A stretch of 63,547 nt of DNA, filler included, from Saprolegnia diclina VS20 (Eukaryota): NCBI RefSeq assembly GCF_000281045.1. It is 5 parts of 2 records of this genome, joined end to end, with 100 filler letters (N's around TTAATTAATTAA, not from the genome) between each part and the next. Parts side by side here need not be neighbours in the genome. Positions count along the whole stretch, not along the records: positions 13,961 to 28,899 come from NW_008246091.1; positions 29,000 to 44,539 come from NW_008246091.1; 3 more parts are not named here. The stretch is one strand, 5' to 3'. Below the pieces are notes generated by a model, which had not been told where the DNA came from, did no database searches, and saw only the letters and a list, made by a program, of their open reading frames with translations. Positions 24,064 through 35,479 of this stretch are shown here, piece by piece. Position numbers and translations under genes: made by a program. Position 1 is the first letter of the stretch. The number at the start of each line of letters is the position of its first letter.

Positions 24064-24570
24064 ATGGCGATGGTGCATGAGCTCGAGGAGCTCCGGGTCG
24101 GCCTCGCCGAGCTCACGGACTGCGTCTCGTGCATCTTGCACACGATCTTCTTCACGCGGTCGCCGGGCCCGGTGCACCCCGCGGACGCCAACTGCCGCTT
24201 CCGCCCCGTGACGTACGCCTTTGTGCCCGACGTCAAGAAGCAAGTCGAGACCGCGATCCAGCAGTTTACGCAGCGCAACATGCGCCGGCAGTCGGGCATG
24301 AATAGCAACATCACTGTCATCTTTTACGAGACGCGCAAGAAGTCGGCCATGTTCAACTTGTACGCGACGGAAGACCGCGTCGTGTGGGAGAAATGGGTCC
24401 TGCCAATCCGCGTCCTCGTGCACCCGCCGGCCAACCCGGACGACTATTGCACGCAGCTCGAGTCGCAGCTGCGCCACTCGATGCTCCATGTCGTCATGAC
24501 GGTCCAAAAGGAAACACTGCACATTCCGACCGGCATGTACGACTTTGACCTGATTATCAACGATTTTTAA
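24064..24570 (+). CDS. ATG101: Autophagy-related protein 101
   Basis: CILHTIFFTR..G.V.P, ITVIFYE.RKK, WEKWVL and HIP motifs; 168-aa single exon. Confidence 0.85.
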   Translation: MAMVHELEELRVGLAELTDCVSCILHTIFFTRSPGPVHPADANCRFRPVTYAFVPDVKKQVETAIQQFTQRNMRRQSGMNSNITVIFYETRKKSAMFNLYATEDRVVWEKWVLPIRVLVHPPANPDDYCTQLESQLRHSMLHVVMTVQKETLHIPTGMYDFDLIINDF

Positions 24571-24821
24571 CACGACTACACTTTCTCCACCACGGAGCTC
24601 TACTAAATTTTGATATTCACAAGCAGCTACAGTCGCAATCTTGTAGAGGGCTACGCCGGGGCAGTGGCACACGCGACCAAGGCCGTCATGTCCTTTCTCA
24701 TGGGCCAAGGCGACAAGGCAGAATCAAAACGCCTGCGTGCGTCCTTCGTGCATGCACGGAGCGTCGAGCCAGAGTCGCCAGAGTCTTTGTTTGGCAAATC
24801 TTCACAATACGTCAATGTTAT

Positions 24822-25540
24822 TTAGTGCTGTTCGAGTAATCGGGCGACCGTGATGCCACACGTGTGTTCAAGTGGAGGTGTCGCCTTCTCGCCCATCGCA
24901 GTTCGTAACTAGTCAAAATATCTTGCTGATAAGACAGCCATGAGTTGGTCGACCTACATATTTGATAATGAGCGGGTGGGCCGGCAATACTGTCTGTGTC
25001 TTGAGGCTCGCGGCTTCCGTGAGCTGGAGGGGGTTCATGTGATGCTATAGCTACTGTTAGCAGCACCGAGAGAGTAGAAAAATGAGGACGTTGTTTTCGA
25101 TTTCCATGTCGGCGCCGTTTGTAACCATGATGCGCGTGAGCTTGAGATGACCGTAGAATGCAGCGTAGTGCAACGGCGCCAAGCCCTCGAGCTAGTTTAT
25201 AACCATAAACAAGATCAAAAATGATGTGAAGGCGCTACCCGATCGTGGAGGTCCAAGGAAGCACCGGCCTTGATGAGCACCTCGGCAACATCGTCGCTGC
25301 CGCTAAAGCACGCCCAGTGCAGCGGCGTTCGACCAAGCTACACTCATATCATAGTCGCGCAAGCGAGAAAGAGGTGCGAGAAGGTCGTACGTGGTCGGCT
25401 TCGTCGGGAAATTGACCCTTGTCCAAGCACCAGCGCATGGATGGCACGTCGTTGGTCTTGGCTGCTTCGAGGCAGAGCGGAAACGTCGACGGTGCGTCCG
25501 TCACGTCGCAGGCGACTTTGTCTGATTTACCGCGCAAGTA
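24822..25540 (-). CDS. Small ankyrin-repeat protein, multi-exon (5' end uncertain)
   Basis: Exons translate to EAAKTNDV..CLDKG, GRTPLHWACFSGSDDVAEVLIKAGASLD, GLAPLHYAAFYGHLKLTRIMVTNGAD and MNPLQL, separated by short introns. Confidence 0.75.
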
Positions 25541-27771
25541 CCGATGTGCCCTTGCTGCGTCGAAATTATCTTGAACAAATTGTCTGTAAAAAACAATGCC
25601 GGGAAGACCCTATGGAGTATAAGTACTTGCATATTGTTGATGTAAACGAGATACGCACGCAGAGCGTGAGGAGGTAGAGACCCGGGGGGACGCAAGCAGC
25701 GATAAAAAGCGGGAGCGGACGCGACGGCGTCACGAGGTAGACACCGAGAAGCGCCAAGGACGGCGCGACGACACAAAACACTCGAATGACGCGGCTCTTG
25801 ACGCAGCACAGAATACACACGAGTGCCGTCTCGATCCGCTCGGCGTCTTCGACCGTCGGGCCATCCTACGCTCATGCATGGTACGAGCGGCTGGCAGACT
25901 TGCGCACCTGGGTCATCGCCGGTGGCTAAAAATAGATCATACCTGATTGGCCGTGACGTGGCAGCACGAGACATCATTGTTGTGCATGCAACGTAGGTAT
26001 GCTGATCAACTTTGTTGCTTGTTACATACAAGCGAGGGTCTCTGCCCTGTGTATTGTCGTCATGCATAGCAATGCTTCGGCGTCTTCGAAGCAGCTCAGA
26101 ATCCTGGCGCAAGGTGTGGCAGCAGCCACGACGCCAGCGTCATCTTGGGCAACAGCAATGTGAAAGCGATGGCTACCCTCGCTGTCAAGATCACGAACTG
26201 GCGGCTAGAAAGTTGGTATGTGTGGCTGCTCACTCACTGCGACGCCATCACACTAGTTTCCGTCTTACTGATTGTGCCAACGTTGACTCTTGATTTTCGC
26301 AAGGCGCCCGTCTTTGCAGTGTACGAGCCACCTCTTGCGTAGCGTTGTCTCGTGCTAGTGTCTACTTATAGTGGCTGCTCGTCGTCGCTGACCATCCTCG
26401 CGCTGCCCTTGTCTGCGCGCATGATGGCTGTGAATTCAAGGCTCACCACTGCAACGCCATCCAGACGCTGACGTCGCTGTTTTCGACCGTGATCGTGAAG
26501 GCGCTTGCAGCGCTCGCGTCGTACGTTTGCTCGGGCGTGGCCCAGACGAAGACCGCCGTCCACGCCAACGACAACATAGTTGGCTTGTTGCTGGACAGCT
26601 GCGGCGCGTCGACGACGTTGACGTTGAAGTTGATCGTGCGACAGCAGTGCTGTGAGCGTCTTTGCGATCGTCGCCGGCGCGTGTGGGCCACCCAGCGACT
26701 GGTTTGAGTTGCAGTAGTCTGCTGTGATTTTGCCGCCAATCGCGCTCGCAAGCTGACGGGGCGATGAGAGGATGCTGACCACTAGACACTGGCATGCGAC
26801 TACGATAATGCACACTGTACACATAAGAGGCTGGAAAGGTAGGTGCCACCGCGAGGGAAGCGGTACTTGCGGCCCACACGTTTGGACACACGGCTACGTT
26901 CTTGGGAACCACCATGGCCAGAGGCAGCAGCGCTGGCGTGCGCTTGCTCGTAGCGTCACGCTGCGGCGCAAGAAGGTTCTCAGTGTTCATACCGACGTCG
27001 CTCGTAACGGCGCCCTCCTAATGCGCTGGCTTAGCTCGCAATTGCATAGAGCAGAGGATGACAAGACGGGCCGGCACGGCGTGTTGGCGAGCACGGCTCT
27101 GATCGTCTTGGTAGCTGCTGCCACTGTCGCCATGGAGCGGTACTGGAGCGTCGCCTGGGGCGCGCGCTGGTCACTAGGTCTCGCGAGCTACCGTGGCACG
27201 ACGCAGCTGCAGCGCTCGCGCATTGGGTCGTGCCACCGCGGGTTGAGCTTTGGGCTGAGAACTGCTTGCATCGATCCGGTCAATTATACGGATAAAGCTG
27301 TACCCCGGTGTACAACTGTAAAAGAGCGATTTCTCGCGCTGTAGACCCCGCCCGATCACAAGACGTAGCGTTTCGTAGGCTCCAAAGCGTCCTCTATCTA
27401 TGTGCCAAATTGCACCGAGTTGGTTTCTGAACGCGATTTGGTCGATCGCGAGCCCTGCGGCGGGGATGGCCACGCATTCATTCGCGCGGATTGGCTGAAA
27501 ACCGAAATTAATTGCACCAATGAAACCATTTAGATGTTTATTTTTATTATATAAAGGTTTTGGCTCGCGGGTCTCATTTTTTGGAGTAGATCCGTATCAA
27601 GTCCATCTCCAAGCCACGTTGTTGGCGCCTCCGCTTTGGTCAGCTGCAACGAGTGTGTAAAATGGCGCATCAACAAGTAGTCGGATTCCATCTCGTCGTC
27701 ACCTATCAAGCTGGTGAAGACGACGTTCCTTTGATCGCGATTGTCATTTCAAGACTCGTCTTCACGTCGCC

Positions 27772-28560
27772 ATGTCCAAAACGGTGAACTTGAACGTCCG
27801 CGGCACGATCGTTAAGGCGAAATACGACGCCGTGTTTAGCCCACAGGGACACCTCCACCCCATCTGCAAGTTGGTTGAAATGTCGCCCCGCGCGATCGGT
27901 TTGTGTGCGTGGGCGTGAATATATGTCTTATATACACGCGTAGACGCCTCCGGCTGTCACGTCTATGTGGTCGATCTCGATCCGGCCTTGTTTCGTCGCT
28001 TGATCGACTATGTGCAGTACGGATGCCCTCTTTTTGAAGGACTGGGCCGTGACGACGCGATACGTGTCTCGGCGGTGATCCAGACGATGGATCTGCGCCT
28101 CCCCGGGGTTCGCTGGGATCCTGCGCACTGTGGACAACATACTGCCACCTCGGACGACTACCAATGTGCTACGATCCTGTCTTCGAGCTCTCATCCGGTG
28201 CAATTGTTTGGCGAACGCATGCTCGCCGTACAGCCACTCGATGCGTTCAAAATCCACATCGACTGGCTCTCGCCTTCGGGCAGTGGGCATCGGTTCGAAG
28301 TCGGCTTTGCGTCGCGCTTTGGCAGCGCCGAGTATGTGATCCCGCTGGCGGCCGCTACCCGATTCAAGCGCGTACGCGAAGTCATGACCCTCAAACTGGA
28401 CCGGGCGGAGCACCAAGTGACCCTGACGAGCGAAGCGTGCGGGACAAAGACCTGTACTTATGGGAACGTTATTGCCGGCAAGCTGTACCCATGTATTTTG
28501 TACCTACCGATCTTCTACGGTGATCCAAGCCATTTTCAAGCGCGCCTCCTTGCCGATTAG
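27772..28560 (+). CDS. BTB/POZ (KCTD/T1-like) domain protein, intron 27899..27943
   Basis: MSKTVNLNVRGT splices in frame to ...YVVDLDPALFRRLIDYVQYG, matching the LNVGG...DRDP..F..IL.YLR.G pattern. Confidence 0.7.
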
Positions 28561-28703
28561 ATGGAGCCTATTCATTTAATGTAGCGAATCGTACTAGCGC
28601 TTTGTGCTGAGGCTCCTTCGATCTTCGCTTTGGGTATCAAGTGGCGGCAAAAGTATCAACCTTGCCGCTCTCCTTTCCTTTGGAGCGGATTTGCTGTCAA
28701 GAA

Positions 28704-28747
28704 GGTACGAGAGATTTTGCGGTACGAGAGTTTTTGCGGTACGAGTA
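28704..28747. repeat. 2.5 tandem copies of the 17-mer ggtacgagag(a/t)ttttgc
   Basis: Units start at 28704, 28721 and 28738 (partial). Confidence 0.85.
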
Positions 28748-29149
28748 AAGGGCGCATTCGTCACACGCCACTCTACTGCCTAAACGGTTAATGGGTACGG
28801 TGGGCTTGGTCCAAACGCATCTTCTCGAGGTATCAGTGTTATGGCATCGCACAACATGTCGATAGCGATTGACCTGTCGCTTCGCATTTAGTGAATACTN
28901 NNNNNNNNNNNNNNNNNNNNNNNNNNNNNNNNNNNNNNNNNNNTTAATTAATTAANNNNNNNNNNNNNNNNNNNNNNNNNNNNNNNNNNNNNNNNNNNNA
29001 TCGGTTCTGCAGCTTATACCATGCACCTCTAGCACAATAACGTCTGCGGTTTACTTGGGGCGAGCTGTTTAAACGCGTTATACCTTCAACCTTCGTTTAA
29101 CCTATTTAAACGTGCTTGAAGCACGCCATTAGATGGTGTATTCCAAATC

Positions 29150-31568
29150 ATGCCAAGATCGCAGTGCGTGTGGTGGCTGGCGACGGCGCTGGTCGCATCC
29201 GTGGCGGCGCAGGTCGACCTTGTCTTCCCGACGCACGACGCCGTAAGCGCCATGCAAAGCCTCGTGGCGCGGCGCCTCGGCCTTCCCTACGTCTCGCAGG
29301 TACACGGCCGTCTCGTCGCCTTCCGCTGCTCATGTGTGTCGCTAGCTCGCGTTCGAGGTTGTGCCCGTGGGCGACAATGGCTTAGACGTGGCAGCGATCG
29401 ATATGCAAGCCGGGCGCATCCATATCTCGGGCTCGAGCGCCACCGCGATGGGCTACGCTCTCCATTCATACTTGAAAGACGTCGTCCACACGCAGGTCAA
29501 CTGGGACAACCACGCGCTGCGGCTGCCGCCCGTGCTGCCGCCTGTGCCATCGCGCTCGACGCTGGCCAAGGCGTCCAAGGTCACGTACTACCTCAACATT
29601 TGCACGCACTCGTACTCGATGTGGGCGTGGGACTGGATCCAGTGGGAGACGCACGTCGACTGGATGGTCCTCAACGGCATCAATATGCCGCTCGCGATCA
29701 CGGGCCAAGAAAAGACGTGGCAAGAGACGTTCAAGCAGTTCAACGTCTCGTCGACCGGCCTGCAGCGGTTCCTCGGTGGCGCTGCCTACCTCGCGTGGGA
29801 GCGCATGGGCAACATTCGCGGCGATTGGAGCCCGCTCGGGCGCCTGCCGCAGCACTTTATCGAGGCCCAGCATGCGCTGCAGCTGAAGCTTCTCAGCCGG
29901 TACCGCGAGTTTGGCATGCTGCCAGCGCTGCCAGCATTTGCTGGCCATGTCCCGGACGAGATGCGCACGTTGTATCCGTCGGCGAGCATGCGACGATCGG
30001 ACCAGTGGGCCGGCTTTGACCGCAACTACACGTGCGTCTACATGCTCGACCCGACCGACCTGCTCTACCGCGCCGTCGGCAAGGCCTTTCTGACGACGCA
30101 GCAAGCGCTCTACGGCAGCTACACCTCGTCGCTGTATTCCGCAGATACGTACAACGAGCTCGTGCCGCACACGTCGGACCATGCGTATCTCCGCGCGTCG
30201 TCCAGCGCAGTTATCGAGTCGATGTTGGCGGCTGACCCGAACGCTATCTGGCTCATGCAAGCGTGGCTCTTCATCTCGATGCGCGAGTATTGGACGCAAG
30301 ACAAGGTGCAGGCGTACCTCGATGGTGTCCCGAATGACCGGATGCTCGTGCTCGATCTCTACAGGTCTCTTGTTGCAGCAGGTGCAAGCTATCTGATGCG
30401 ATAACCTAGCGAGGAAGCCCCGTTTTATGCGCCGACCCACAACTACTATGGCAAGGACTGGGTCTTCTGCGTCTTGCACACGTTTGGCGGCAACCTCGGG
30501 CTGCACGGCAACCTCGGGCATCTCGCGTCGGCGCCAATCGCAGCAAAAGCGCAGAGCCACGGCACCATGGTCGGGCTCGGGCTCACGATGGAAGGCATTT
30601 TCCAAAACTACGTCGTGTACGACCTCGGCCTCGACATGAACTGGCAGGCGACGCCCCGGAACGTGTCAAGCTACGTGACGCGGTACGTGCGTAGCCGGTA
30701 CCACATATCCTCGCCGCACGCCCAAGATGCCTGGGCGGCGTTGACGACCGCAGTCTACAGCGGCCACGACAAGCGCAACAGCCTCATGACGTTCCGGCCA
30801 CACCTGCACATGCTTTCATCCCGCCCGCTGCACAGTGCAAACGCGCTGGGCGAGCCGGCGCCGTCGGTGCGCGAGGCGTGGCGCCACCTGCTCGACGCCG
30901 CGATCGCCAAGCCCGTGCTCACGACCACCGATGCGTTTACCCACGACCTTGTCGATGTGGCGCGGCAAGGCTTGAGCGACCGGATGAACGTGTACTACAA
31001 GAAGTTTCTCGAGTTGTACCAAGCATCGACGACGACGACGGTGTCGATGCTGCAAGCCCAGGCTGATGCGATAGTGACATTGATGCGGGACTGCGACCGG
31101 GTGCTGGCGACGCACCCGGACTTTCTGCTCGGTCGCTGGATCGCAGATGCCAAGCGCCTCCAGGCATCGGGCGACGCGCCGTACTTTGAGTTTGAAGCGC
31201 GTGTGCAAATCACCAAGTGGAGCCTCAACGACATTCTCAACGACTATGCCCGCAAAGAGTGGGCCGGCGTCGTTCGCGACTACTACGTGGGGCGATGGCA
31301 GCTCTGGCTGCAAGCTGTCGTCGACGCGTTTGCAGCCAAACGACCGGTCGACGAAGCTGCGACCGACGACGTCCTGCGTGGCTTTGAGCGCAAGTGGCTG
31401 TACGACACAAAAGTTTACCCGACACATGGCGTGGGTGATGCGGTCGCGGTCGCCACCGAGCTCTGGACCAAGTACTACGCCGTGGAGGACGCCCTCGCAA
31501 CGACCAAGACGACTGTGTGGTCGGACGACCCAGCGGCGGACCCGTGGCTTGCGCTGACGGACATGTAG
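29150..31568 (+). CDS. NAGLU: Alpha-N-acetylglucosaminidase (GH89), introns 29300..29345 and 30365..30409
   Basis: Signal peptide, YYLNICTHSYS, DWMVLNGINMPLA, WERMGN, LPAFAGHVP, DTYNE and TMEGI (both catalytic Glu), DYARKEWAG. Splicing restores a single frame. Confidence 0.93.
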
Positions 31569-32041
31569 GCTGTTGTGGACAGCTCCGTACTCTGATCGTA
31601 GCAGATGCTATGGTGCAGGCGCGTACTAGTATCGAAAAACAGCTAACAATTTTTTCCTATTAATGGTTAATGGTACTTATGCAATACGCCCAAGCGTTAG
31701 CCAGGTATATACTTGTACCTCTGGCGTTGGCCAACACAAAGTCAACACTCGAGCTGCTGACGTTTTCGGGCTCATGCGTGCTGCAGTGTTGGCGCGCTTT
31801 GGATCTCGCACTTAATCGAAACGCATTTAAGCGCTAATACAGAACGCAAGTACGACATATGCGCACTTAAACGAGGTTCTTGACCCGCACTTTGCGGGGA
31901 TTTCTACGCGCGACAGGATTGGTCAGAATAATTTGCAATCAAGCCAATCGGGTGGCACGCGTTGACGAGCTTGGGCGTTTCCCACGTGTCATTTTTCACA
32001 TGGCTTTGCCACGTGTGTCGTACTCGACACTTTCATTTTGG

Positions 32042-33436
32042 ATGGCAAAGCGCGTACAACGAGCGGCGACGCACTGGACGCTGTCGTCGATCGTGCTGCA
32101 CGTGGCTCGCTACGTGTATGTGCAGGCAGATGTCGTCGCCTTTCTTCGTGCACTGGCGTCGTACGCCCACGATGAGCATCTTCGCGCCCTCCTGACGCTC
32201 TTGGAAGCCAAGCCGGGGCTGTGGCCGCGCGCTGATGTCGATGACTTGAGCGCGATGCATCGACCGACTGTGCTCCAAGCGCTCCCCGCGCTCTGCAAAA
32301 TCTACGCGCATCAAAGTGTCGGAGCCGACTTTTGCCACGGCACACCGCTGCCGCCGACGGCCGACGTCCATGCGTATGCCACGGACGTCTACCAACTCGG
32401 CGCGGACTTTGGCCCGTGGGTCCCCAACATTGTGAAATTGCACACGGGCGTCCACTGCGATACGGCGCCGCTGGATGTGCCGCGGCTGCAACCAGTGCTG
32501 GCGTCGTGTCCGAAGCTCTTGGTGCTCAGCATCAAGTTTGCCGACGCTGTCGACAAAGCGACAATGGATACGCTCCTAGCCGCGGTCGTCGCCGCGTGCC
32601 CGCGCCTCTCCAAACTGCGCTTCCAGGCCGTGCCGTTCGTTCTCGAAAGCTGCGAGAGCCTCCTCACTTGGGTGAAGCGACCACGGGCTCGGACGCTCCG
32701 TCTCACTGGCGTCGACTTTTCCGCAGCCGCGGCCACAACCTTGGCGCGTGCGCTCCTCTCGTCACCGACGCTACGTTCTGTCGCGCTTGAGCATACGAAG
32801 AACCTCTCGCAGGCGCTTCTCGACCCATCGACATTGCCCCTCGAGGGGCACCTGCGCCACTTGGTGATCAACGCCAACCATGTTGCCATGGACGCAACAT
32901 TTCCGGTCTCGCTGACCACGATGGATGTCCGGTGTGCCACGTTGATTGACATCGTACCCCCGAGATTGCCCGAGTACATCAGCTTCTTTCGGGTCAAGAT
33001 GTCTGACGCTGCGTTTACGATGCTCTGCGGCATCCTTGGGTCGTCGAAAACACTCGCCCGACTCGATGTTGCCCACGCCGAATTGCGCCCCAACCAAGTC
33101 GCCAAGCTCATCAAAACGCTGCCGCTCTGGCTGAATCGCCAAAACCACGCGTGCGCCGTGCGGCTGGGCGTGACGAGTGCGCTCGACGTCGAGCGTCTCA
33201 TCACCGCCATGACCCGCATGCGCATTCTCCACAAGGTCAAGATCGAGCTGTACGACAACGAAGCGCTCAATAAAGCGGCGTGCAAGCGCCTCGTCACAGC
33301 GCTTTGGGCCACTTCGTCGGTGGCACTGCGCTTCGAGTCCCTGTTCTGGGATCCAACTGTCGAAATCGACTTGCAGGCACATGCCACGCGGTGCAACGTG
33401 CGTCATTCGGATGGCTGGTACCGCTTGCCACTGTAG
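32042..33436 (+). CDS. F-box-like/LRR family protein, intact
   Basis: MAKRVQRAATHWTLSSIVLHVARYV..LWP..LPAL..TPLPPT..CPRLSKLRF; collinear with the other members. Confidence 0.78.
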   Translation: MAKRVQRAATHWTLSSIVLHVARYVYVQADVVAFLRALASYAHDEHLRALLTLLEAKPGLWPRADVDDLSAMHRPTVLQALPALCKIYAHQSVGADFCHGTPLPPTADVHAYATDVYQLGADFGPWVPNIVKLHTGVHCDTAPLDVPRLQPVLASCPKLLVLSIKFADAVDKATMDTLLAAVVAACPRLSKLRFQAVPFVLESCESLLTWVKRPRARTLRLTGVDFSAAAATTLARALLSSPTLRSVALEHTKNLSQALLDPSTLPLEGHLRHLVINANHVAMDATFPVSLTTMDVRCATLIDIVPPRLPEYISFFRVKMSDAAFTMLCGILGSSKTLARLDVAHAELRPNQVAKLIKTLPLWLNRQNHACAVRLGVTSALDVERLITAMTRMRILHKVKIELYDNEALNKAACKRLVTALWATSSVALRFESLFWDPTVEIDLQAHATRCNVRHSDGWYRLPL

Positions 33437-33539
33437 ATACTGCAGGGTACATGAAGTAAGCCACATCATGGTCGTTTCCTACATATTTTTTTCACATTTT
33501 GCCTCACGTGAGCTTTTGCTTTCCCACATTGCTGTTCAC

Positions 33540-34110
33540 TGACGGGAAGCGGGTACGGGCGGCGCCATGGCTGCTGCCGCCGATTGCGCTGTGCATGGTT
33601 TACTACCCGGACACGTCCGAGATTGTTTTAGCCTATGTTCACGCGGGGCCCAGCGGCGCGCGCGACGTGCAACTCAATGCACTGCTGCGCTTGCTACTGC
33701 GCTACCGCGGCGACCGTCCTATCTTCAAAGTCCCAGGCACGCGCCACACGCAGCCTCGCCCCAATCTCTAGCCAAGCACTCTGGCGAACGCCTTGGAACG
33801 CATGACATGTGCCATCCACAACGTTATAAAGTTGGTGATCGGCCTCAACAGCACACATATCGGCGAATATTGCCGACGCACGCCGCCAACGACGCATGTC
33901 CACGCGATCAGCAACGACGCACGCTGTCTCACGTCCATCGTGGGCAGCTGGATTTACAACCTGGCGCGCGTCGCCTTCGACATCGAGCGCACGCGGCTGG
34001 ACGTCCTTCGTTTGCAAGACGGACTGGTCACGTGTGTGAACCTCACGACGCGCAGCGTCAAGTGATTTGCCAAGTTTGTTCCGCAAGCGCAGCTGGACAG
34101 TCGTCTTCGC
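33540..34110 (+). pseudogene. 5' half of a decayed F-box-like/LRR gene
   Basis: GKRVRAAPWLLPPIALCMVYY..RDVQLNALL, then CRRTPPTTHVHA..GSWIYNL in another frame, with stops and frameshifts. Confidence 0.75.
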
Positions 34111-34436
34111 TCGCTAACACGGAAGAACGGTACATATAGCCGACGGTACCTGGACATTGATCATGCTGCGCCGACACGAACCCTACCCTAACCTACCCCT
34201 ACATGATGTGGCCGTCGTCGCTCGCAACACTGCGACGTCGCATCCTCATCAGCAACATTCCTTTCATCATGCTATCTGCGGCTAGGGAGTCTAAGGAACA
34301 CTAGAACACAGTTTGTGTAAAAACAACACCAAACTAAATTGTAAAAGCGTGTCGAGCGACCAAACTCATTTTAGAGGTGCTTTTACGCGTCGATTTTGCA
34401 TAGTGTGTAGAGTTCATTCTTTCATACTCCATCTCG

Positions 34437-35003
34437 ATGACAACAACTTCCGACGCTGCACCTCTCGCCTTCGTGCCGCACCAGCAACCGGCAACAGCGC
34501 TTCGCAAAGGTCAGTGCCAGCACGCAGGCTGCACCAAGGCGGCCGTGCGCTTCGACACCAAATGCATCGGCCACGGCGGCGGCCCCAAGTGCGACGTACT
34601 CAATTGCGGCATGGCCGTGGCCTGCAACAGTCGCTGCAAGCGCCACGGCGGCGGCGCGCGCTGTACGGTCGACGGCTGCGACAAGGCGAGCCAGTGCCGC
34701 GGACGCTGCGTCGCGCACGGCGGCGGCGCCGTCTGCAAGTTTGCGGGCGGCTGCCTCAAAAAGACGCAGCGCGGCGGCATCTTTTGCGCGCGCCACGGCG
34801 GGTTTCTGTACTGCAAAGCGCCAGGGTGCTCCAAGAAAGGCCGCGGCGCCGGCTTGTGCGACGAGCACCGACCGAGCTGCTGCATCCCTAACTGCAAACG
34901 ACTGGCCAAAGTACAGCAGCTGTGTACAAAGCACTACAACTTGCAGTCTCTGCACGCCCAAGAACAACGCGACGCTAGCCTTGATGTCCACGCTCTGGTC
35001 TAA
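34437..35003 (+). CDS. Cys/His-repeat zinc-finger protein (Cx4C.K...C..HGGG, WRKY19-like repeats)
   Basis: Six tandem units such as CTVDGCDKASQCRGRCVAHGGG. This repeat type is widely expanded in oomycetes. Confidence 0.85.
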   Translation: MTTTSDAAPLAFVPHQQPATALRKGQCQHAGCTKAAVRFDTKCIGHGGGPKCDVLNCGMAVACNSRCKRHGGGARCTVDGCDKASQCRGRCVAHGGGAVCKFAGGCLKKTQRGGIFCARHGGFLYCKAPGCSKKGRGAGLCDEHRPSCCIPNCKRLAKVQQLCTKHYNLQSLHAQEQRDASLDVHALV

Positions 35004-35079
35004 ACCATAAACACGATGCAGTCCATTCTGACACCTAACCCCTTGGTTCATATCACGTGCCGTCATACATGTACTCCAG

Positions 35080-35240
35080 TACGGGCATGGGCACGCCACT
35101 TGTTGAAAAACATCATTTCCAACAAGGACGCGCCATATGTCGACGTTGAAGAAGTGAAGACCCATGCTGCGTTGCACGGCATCGAGTACGCACACAAGTG
35201 GTTCCTCTCGCCACGCCGCACGCCGCGGCTGGCGCCGCGT
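35080..35240 (+). pseudogene. 3' tail relic of an F-box-like/LRR gene
   Basis: KDAPYVDVEEVKTHAALHGIEYAHKWFLSPRRTPRLA matches KDAPVVHEEDVTRYAALYGIECANWWYRSPRRMPWLA of the 44032 copy. Confidence 0.72.
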
Positions 35241-35479
35241 ACAGCCATCTCTCACGTTACATAACATTATGCATGTTTTTGCCAAGTCCTAGTTCGTTTG
35301 GTTGTCGGCAGGATTGTGGACGAGTGAGAAATAATGCAGTCGAGCAAACGTATCTCGTTGCGAGACATGGCCTTATTCTGGTCATCGATCCTCGAGAAAA
35401 AAGTTGGGGACAACATACATTACTGGCCGCGTATCGTCGCTCCACTTGGTCGCTCGCCACCGTGGAGTGCCTGTTGCAA

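Larger units (their letters stand above)
23860..28669. repeat. Pair of about 62-66 bp imperfect inverted repeats (23860..23925 and 28608..28669)
   Basis: The blocks agcggcaaggttgatacttttgccg (25 bp), acttgatac (9 bp) and aaagcgaagatcgaagga (18 bp) occur on opposite strands at the two sites. Confidence 0.85.

Noticed and set aside
26072..27344. Possible multi-exon membrane-protein gene between the ankyrin and BTB genes
   Set aside because: There are hydrophobic fragments and some splice-like sites, but I could not build a consistent frame or recognise a family.
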